From Acidobacteriota bacterium (GTDB lineage Bacteria > Acidobacteriota > Vicinamibacteria > Vicinamibacterales > CAVVIG01), in assembly GCA_028876655.1 (NCBI GenBank), contig JAGWRA010000189.1, positions 1-60,507 of the forward strand: 60,507 bases of DNA, read 5' to 3'. The notes under the pieces were generated by a model. It saw only the letters and a program-made list of their open reading frames with translations. It was not told the DNA's origin and did no database searches. Below are positions 52,628 through 60,507 of this stretch, one piece after another. Each line of letters starts with the position of its first letter. The first letter of the stretch is position 1. The translations under genes were made by a program, and so were the position numbers.

Positions 52628-52633
<6 letters not shown>
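52606..52633. repeat. four in-phase heptamers NNNACGT (GGGACGT CCCACGT CCGACGT CCTACGT)
   Basis: Seen directly between the receptor stop and the clpA stop. The last unit overlaps the clpA stop codon. The array can fold as GTAGGGACGTC / GACGTCCTAC. Confidence 0.65.
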
Positions 52634-54943
<2,310 letters not shown>

Positions 54944-54954
54944 GATGACCCGCG

Positions 54955-55269
54955 CTATTCCGGCTCGGTGCTGGCGCGCAGGGGGAACCCGTGCGCCCGG
55001 GCGAGCTCGTGCACCGTCTCGACCTTGGTCTCCGCGATCTCGTACGGGTAGACGCCGCAGAGCCCCCGCCCCTCGACGTGCACCTGCATCATGATCCGAT
55101 AGGCCTCGGCCGGCTGCTTCAGGAACACGTCTTCCAGGATCCGGATGACGAACTCCATCGTCGTGTAGTCGTCATTGTGGAGCACGACCTTGTACAGCGC
55201 CGGTTCCTTCGCCTCGGGCTTGCTGCGCTCGAGCACCTGCTCGCCGGGACGCTGCGTCGGGTCGGACAT
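54955..55269 (-). CDS. clpS: ATP-dependent Clp protease adaptor ClpS
   Basis: YKVVLHNDDYTTMEFVIRILEDVF is the canonical ClpS core. Confidence 0.95.
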   Translation of the reverse strand: MSDPTQRPGEQVLERSKPEAKEPALYKVVLHNDDYTTMEFVIRILEDVFLKQPAEAYRIMMQVHVEGRGLCGVYPYEIAETKVETVHELARAHGFPLRASTEPE

Positions 55270-55379
55270 GGGGATGGATCGCGGTCACGGGCAATATGCG
55301 ACGTGCCTGCCTGAGCGCCTGACAATCTGCTGTCCTCAGTATACCGCCCACGCGGCCAGCCGGGCCTCGTCGTGCGGAC

Positions 55380-56159
55380 TCACGAGGCCGCGCGGCACTG
55401 CACGGTCCGCTCGCCAAGGAGGCGCGAACTCCGGATGACGCGCCGGCGGCGGAGGCCGAACCGCTCCACCGCCTCCTTCTCGATGTAGGCCATCGCCTCT
55501 TCCGGCGAGTCGGTCACGAGGAACAGCCGCAGGTCGTCGGCTGCGATGGTGCCGGCGTCGGCCATGTCCCTGAGCTGCCCGAGCAGCGGCTCCCAGTACG
55601 CGCGGCCCATCAGGACCACGGGGAAGTGACGGATCTTGCCGGTCTGGATGAGCGTCAGCGACTCGAACAGTTCGTCCATCGTCCCGATGCCGCCGGGCAT
55701 CACGACGAAGGCGTAGGAGTACTTCACCAGCATGACCTTCCGGACGAAGAAGTATCGGAACGACACGCAGTGGTCGAGGTACGGGTTCGGGGCCTGTTCG
55801 TGCGGCAGGACGATGTTGCAGCCGATCGAGGGGCCGCTGGCGTCGCGCGCGCCGCGGTTGGCCGCCTCCATGACGCCCGGGCCGCCGCCCGTCATCACCG
55901 TGAAGCCGGCGCGGCTCAGCAGCCGGCCCATCTCGCGGGCCAGCGCGTAGTAAGGGTGATCCTCGTGAAAGCGGGCCGATCCGAACACCGTCGCGCACGG
56001 GCCGACGAAGTGCAGCGTCCGGAAGCCGGCAATGAACTCCCGCAGGACCCGGAGCACCGTCCACAGCTCGCGCTTGCGCGTCTGCGGTCCTTCCAGGAAG
56101 ACGTGCTCGTCGGTGCGGGCGCCGTCGGTGCGATCGAGGAGCGAGTCGGACACAGGCAT
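55380..56159 (-). CDS. LOG-family (TIGR00730-type) Rossmann-fold nucleotide-binding protein
   Basis: GGGPGVMEAANRGA and PGGIGTMDELFE are LOG signature motifs. Start at the ATG at 56159. Confidence 0.85.
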   Translation of the reverse strand: MPVSDSLLDRTDGARTDEHVFLEGPQTRKRELWTVLRVLREFIAGFRTLHFVGPCATVFGSARFHEDHPYYALAREMGRLLSRAGFTVMTGGGPGVMEAANRGARDASGPSIGCNIVLPHEQAPNPYLDHCVSFRYFFVRKVMLVKYSYAFVVMPGGIGTMDELFESLTLIQTGKIRHFPVVLMGRAYWEPLLGQLRDMADAGTIAADDLRLFLVTDSPEEAMAYIEKEAVERFGLRRRRVIRSSRLLGERTVQCRAAS

Positions 56160-56173
56160 GGGGAGGGCACCGG

Positions 56174-56199
56174 GCGCCCGGCCGCGCGCGGCCGGGCGC
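56174..56199 (-). terminator. 26-nt perfect GC palindrome downstream of the molybdoenzyme operon
   Basis: GCGCCCGGCCGCG|CGCGGCCGGGCGC seen directly. No T-tract. Confidence 0.5.
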
Positions 56200-56218
56200 T
56201 GAAGGGCGGCCGCCGCGC

Positions 56219-57253
56219 TCAGGCGACCTGATCGAGCCCCTGCCGGGCGATCCGCACCCGGCAGTCGCGCATGTCGTCGCCGCGCAGTTCCCGCAGCGCG
56301 TAGGTGACGAAGGCGCGGGAGACGCGCTTGCGCCACACCAGCGTGAAGTCGGTGTTGTCCATCGGCTTGGCGACACCGAACGCCAGGTCCGCCGCCTCGG
56401 CAATCGCCTCGTCGTCGAGCCGGCGGCCGACGAGCACCGCCGCCGCCGCGGGCGCCGGCATCGGGCGCGAGGCGACGGCGCCGAGCACGAGGCGGGCCTC
56501 GGCGACCAGGTCGCCGTCGAAGCGGGCGGCAGCGGCCACCGACAGCACCGGGAAGTCGAACGAGCCGCGCCGGCGCAGCTTCCAGTACGTGCTCCGCCAG
56601 CCGTCGGCCGGGGGGAGCGTGACGTCCGCCAGCACCTCGTCGGGCCGGCGCGTCAGGTAGTCGATGCCGTCGTTCCGGTAGAGCGCGTCGAGCTCGACGG
56701 TGCGCGCCCCGGCGGCCGACACCAGGCGGACGCGGGCACCCAGGGCCATCAGGGCCGGTGCCGTGTCGGTCGACGAGACGGCGAGGCACCGCGGACTGGA
56801 GGGGGCCACCCAGCAGACCTGGCCATCCTTCTTCATGCAGAAGTCGATCGCCTTGCGCCACTCGTAGCTCTGGTCGTAATAGGTGCAGCGCGTGTCGAGG
56901 CACAGGTTGCCGCCGAGCGTTCCCATGTTGCGCAGGTGCGGCGTGGCGATCTGGGCCGCGGCCTGCCAGAGGCCCGCATAACGCGCGCGGAGGTCGGCGT
57001 GGTGCACGAGCGCCGTCAGCGTGAGGCCGCCGCCGAGCACGAGGCCGCCGTCGGCCGGGGTCACGCGCTGGATCTCGGTGACGCCGCGCAGGCCGACCAG
57101 CGTCTTCGGCACCTGCTGCCGCCGCTTCATGTTCGGCAGCACGTCGGTGCCGCCGGCGACGAGCATCGTCTCGCCGGGCGCGGCGGCCAGCAGGGCGGCC
57201 GCCTCCTCGAGCGTGCGCGCGGCACGATACTGGAACTCGGGCAGACGCATCAT
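56219..57253 (-). CDS. xanthine dehydrogenase-family FAD-binding (medium) subunit with a Cys-rich insertion
   Basis: LVAGGTDVLP FAD motif. Insertion CLDTRCTYYDQSYEWRKAIDFCMKKDGQVCWVAPSSPRC (56786-56902). The start overlaps the large-subunit stop (ATGA). Confidence 0.85.
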   Translation of the reverse strand: MMRLPEFQYRAARTLEEAAALLAAAPGETMLVAGGTDVLPNMKRRQQVPKTLVGLRGVTEIQRVTPADGGLVLGGGLTLTALVHHADLRARYAGLWQAAAQIATPHLRNMGTLGGNLCLDTRCTYYDQSYEWRKAIDFCMKKDGQVCWVAPSSPRCLAVSSTDTAPALMALGARVRLVSAAGARTVELDALYRNDGIDYLTRRPDEVLADVTLPPADGWRSTYWKLRRRGSFDFPVLSVAAAARFDGDLVAEARLVLGAVASRPMPAPAAAAVLVGRRLDDEAIAEAADLAFGVAKPMDNTDFTLVWRKRVSRAFVTYALRELRGDDMRDCRVRIARQGLDQVA

Positions 57254-59719
57254 GATCGGACCACCGTCTCCTTGTCCGCTCCGGCCGCCGCCGGCTTCTT
57301 CCGCCGCGACGTGTCGTTCACGGCGCGCCCGTCGCCGCCCTCCCAGGGCGGCGGCACGCGCAGCGGCTCGGGCCACGCGATGTCCGGAAACGACGCCGGA
57401 CCGTACCGCCCCGGCTTTCCCTCGCGCACGGCTTCGAGCGCCTTCAGGATCTTGTCCGGCGTCACCGGCACCTCGTCGATCCGGACGCCGACCGCGTCGT
57501 AGACGGCGTTGGCGAGCGCCGGCATGATCGGCAGCAGCGGCCCCTGGCCGACTTCCTTCGCGCCGAACGGCCCGGCCGGGTCCGGGTGCTCGATGAGCTC
57601 GGTGAACACCTCGGGCATGTCGAGGCTCGTGAGGCTCTTGTACTCGAGGATCGAGGGGAACTTGTGCACCAGCGCCCCCGACAGACGCGCCGGCAGCCGG
57701 CGAAACGCCTGTTCCTCCATGAGGGCTTCGCCCAGCCCCATGTAGACGCTCCCCTCGACCTGGCCGCGCACGAGCGTCGGGTTCAGGGCCCGTCCGATGT
57801 CGTGCCCGATCCAGACGCGCGGCACGGTCACCCACCCGGTCGTCTCGTCGACCTCGACCTCCACGACCGCGGCCGTGTACGAGTAGGTGGGGGACGGCCC
57901 GACGCCGCCACCCTTGAACTTCGCCGCCGACGTCGGCGGGGTGTAGGACCCGACGGTGCCGATGGTGCCGAACGCGGCCTCGGCGGCGCAGACCGCCTCC
58001 TGGAACGTCATCCCCTTGTCGGGGGCCTCGGCGTCGAACACCCGCCGGCCAGCGAAGACGAGGCGGGTCACCGGCACGTCGAGCTTGCGGCTGACCGCCT
58101 GGGCGAGCAGGTCGCGCGCCCGCTCGGCCGCCTGGATCGCGGCGTTGCCCATCATCAGCGTGACGCGGCTCGAGTACGAGCCGAGGTCGACGGGCGTCAG
58201 GTCGGTGTCGCCCGTGACCGCCCGGATGTCGAATGGCTCGACGCCGAGCACCTCCGCCACGCACGCCACCAGCACATCGTCCGATCCCTGGCCGATCTCC
58301 GTCGCCCCGCAGAAGGCGGTGACGCCGCCGCTGCGGTCGAGCTTCAGCTGCACGCCCGAATGGGGCATGTCGTTCCAGTAGATCGGCAGGCCGGCACCCG
58401 ACAGGTACGACGAGCAGGCGAGGCCGACGCCGCGGCCGCGGCCGAGCTTGCGATGCTTGTTCGTCCAGTCCGACGCCGCGACGACGCGGCGGATGCACTC
58501 GGCGAGGCCGATGGTGCCGACGCGCAGGTAGTTGGCCGTCAGCGTGTCGGGCTGCTCGACGATGCGCAGGCGCAGGTCGGCGGGATCGAGGTGCAGCGCC
58601 TCGGCGATCTTGTCGAGCTGCACTTCCTGCCCGAACCGGCTCTGTGGGGTGCCGTGCCCCCGCTTGGGGCCGCACGGCGGCTTGTTGGTGAACGTCCGGC
58701 AGCCCTGGAAGTGGTAGGCCGGGATGTGGTACGTGACCGTCTGCAGTGCGCCCGTGTAGAACGTGCTGGCGACGCCGTACGAGCCGTAGGCCCCGCCGTC
58801 GAGCAGCGTCTGCAGGTGGACGCCCGTGAGCGTGCCGTCGTGCTTCACGCCGGTGCGGAACTTCATGAGCACGGGATGGCGGCCGCGATGGCAGTAGAAG
58901 ACCTCCTCGCGCGTGAGGCAGATCTTCACGGGCCGGTCGAGCATCAGCGCGGCCTTGGCGACGACGACTTCGTGGTTGAACGGATCGCTCTTGCCGCCGA
59001 AGCCCCCGCCGTTGGGGGCGGCCACCACGCGGATGTGCGCCGGCGGCAGGTCGAGCGCCTTCGCCAGCGCGCGATGGAGATAGTGGGGCGTCTGCGTGCT
59101 CGACCAGATCACCAGCTTGCCGTCGGGATCCTTCGTCGCCAGCGACGCGTGCTGCTCGATCGGCAGATGGGTGTTCCCCTGGAAGAAGAAGACGTCCTCG
59201 AAGACCCGGTCCGCGCCCGCGAGCGCCGCCTCGACGTCGCCGAACGCCAGCGACACCTTCTTGTGGACGTTCCCCTCGTCGCCGTAGTCGTGGATGCGCG
59301 GCTCGGGATAAGCGAGGCTCTCCAGCGGGTCGGCGATCGTCCGGAGCGGCTCGTACTCGACGTCGATGAGATCGAGCGCCTCGGTCGCCGCCAGGTCGTC
59401 GCGCGCGACGACCGCGGCGACGGGATCGCCGACGAAGCGGACCCGGTCGATGCAGAGCGGGTGCTCGTCCTGGCTGACCGGCAGGATGCCGTAGGGGATC
59501 GGCAGGTCGGCGCCGGTGAGCACCAGGTGGACGCCGGGGCAGGCCCTGGCGCGCGAGACGTCGAGCCGCGCGATGCGCGCGTGCGGGACGCTCGACCGCA
59601 GCAGCTTGCAGTAGAGCATGCGCGGCAGGACCAGATCGTCGGCGAAGCGCGTCTGCCCGGTGACCTTCGCGCGCCCGTCGACGCGCCGGCGCGGGACGCC
59701 GATGACGGCGTTGTGCTGC

Positions 59720-59727
<8 letters not shown>
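57250..59727 (-). CDS. xanthine dehydrogenase-family molybdopterin-binding (large) subunit
   Basis: GVPRRRVDGRAKVTGQTRFADD N-terminus, GGGFGGK, and the overall aldehyde oxidase/XDH layout. Confidence 0.9.
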
Positions 59728-60388
<661 letters not shown>

Positions 60389-60507
60389 TTCGGCACCTCA
60401 CGGGAAAGCGGATGCGGACGGGCGGACGGGCGCGGCCGGCGGGCGGCGCGTCGGGCCGCCTTCACGTCGCGCGGGCGGGCCGCCGGCGGGGCCGCCAGGC
60501 CGCGGAC

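Noticed and set aside
55270-55379. Promoter for clpS (TTGTCA … CATATT on the minus strand)
   Set aside because: The spacer between the two hexamers is about 21 nt, too long for a standard sigma-70 promoter. It is not reported as a feature.
60414-60429. Tandem octamer GCGGACGG x2 upstream of the molybdoenzyme operon
   Set aside because: There are only two copies, in GC-rich low-complexity sequence at the window edge. It is not distinguishable from chance.

Overview
This is a very GC-rich chromosomal window (GC not computed). Its gene content looks Acidobacteriota-like, which is inference from protein architectures only. I support about 53 protein-coding genes. They cover envelope and outer-membrane biogenesis (TamA/TamB, OmpA, and an Omp85-barrel fusion protein), an ECF sigma/anti-sigma/TlpA module, and an SCO copper chaperone. 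They also include ClpS/ClpA, a three-subunit xanthine-dehydrogenase-family enzyme, a Ser/Thr kinase, several hydrolases, transporters and regulators. I found no rRNA, tRNA, CRISPR array, transposase or phage genes. Most long ORFs antisense to these genes are GC-driven shadow ORFs. The points most worth a second look are these: (1) A B12-binding radical SAM gene has its called stop at an in-frame TGA inside a C-U-A-E-P tail, followed by a hairpin, so it is a probable selenoprotein; it sits next to an ATP-grasp ligase. (2) Almost every larger intergenic spacer is built from tandem 7-nt units, often as inverted arrays that form long hairpins. The unit sequence differs between loci but the 7-nt phase is strict, resembling cyanobacterial STRR repeats. 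(3) An 84-nt two-hairpin element occurs twice, with compensatory base changes, ending 22-25 nt upstream of a start codon each time. (4) One protein fuses an HExxH peptidase and a TolB-like propeller to an Omp85-type barrel. (5) The FAD subunit of the molybdoenzyme carries a Cys-rich insertion like that of 4-hydroxybenzoyl-CoA reductase. All functional calls rest on motif recognition by eye; no database search was run.
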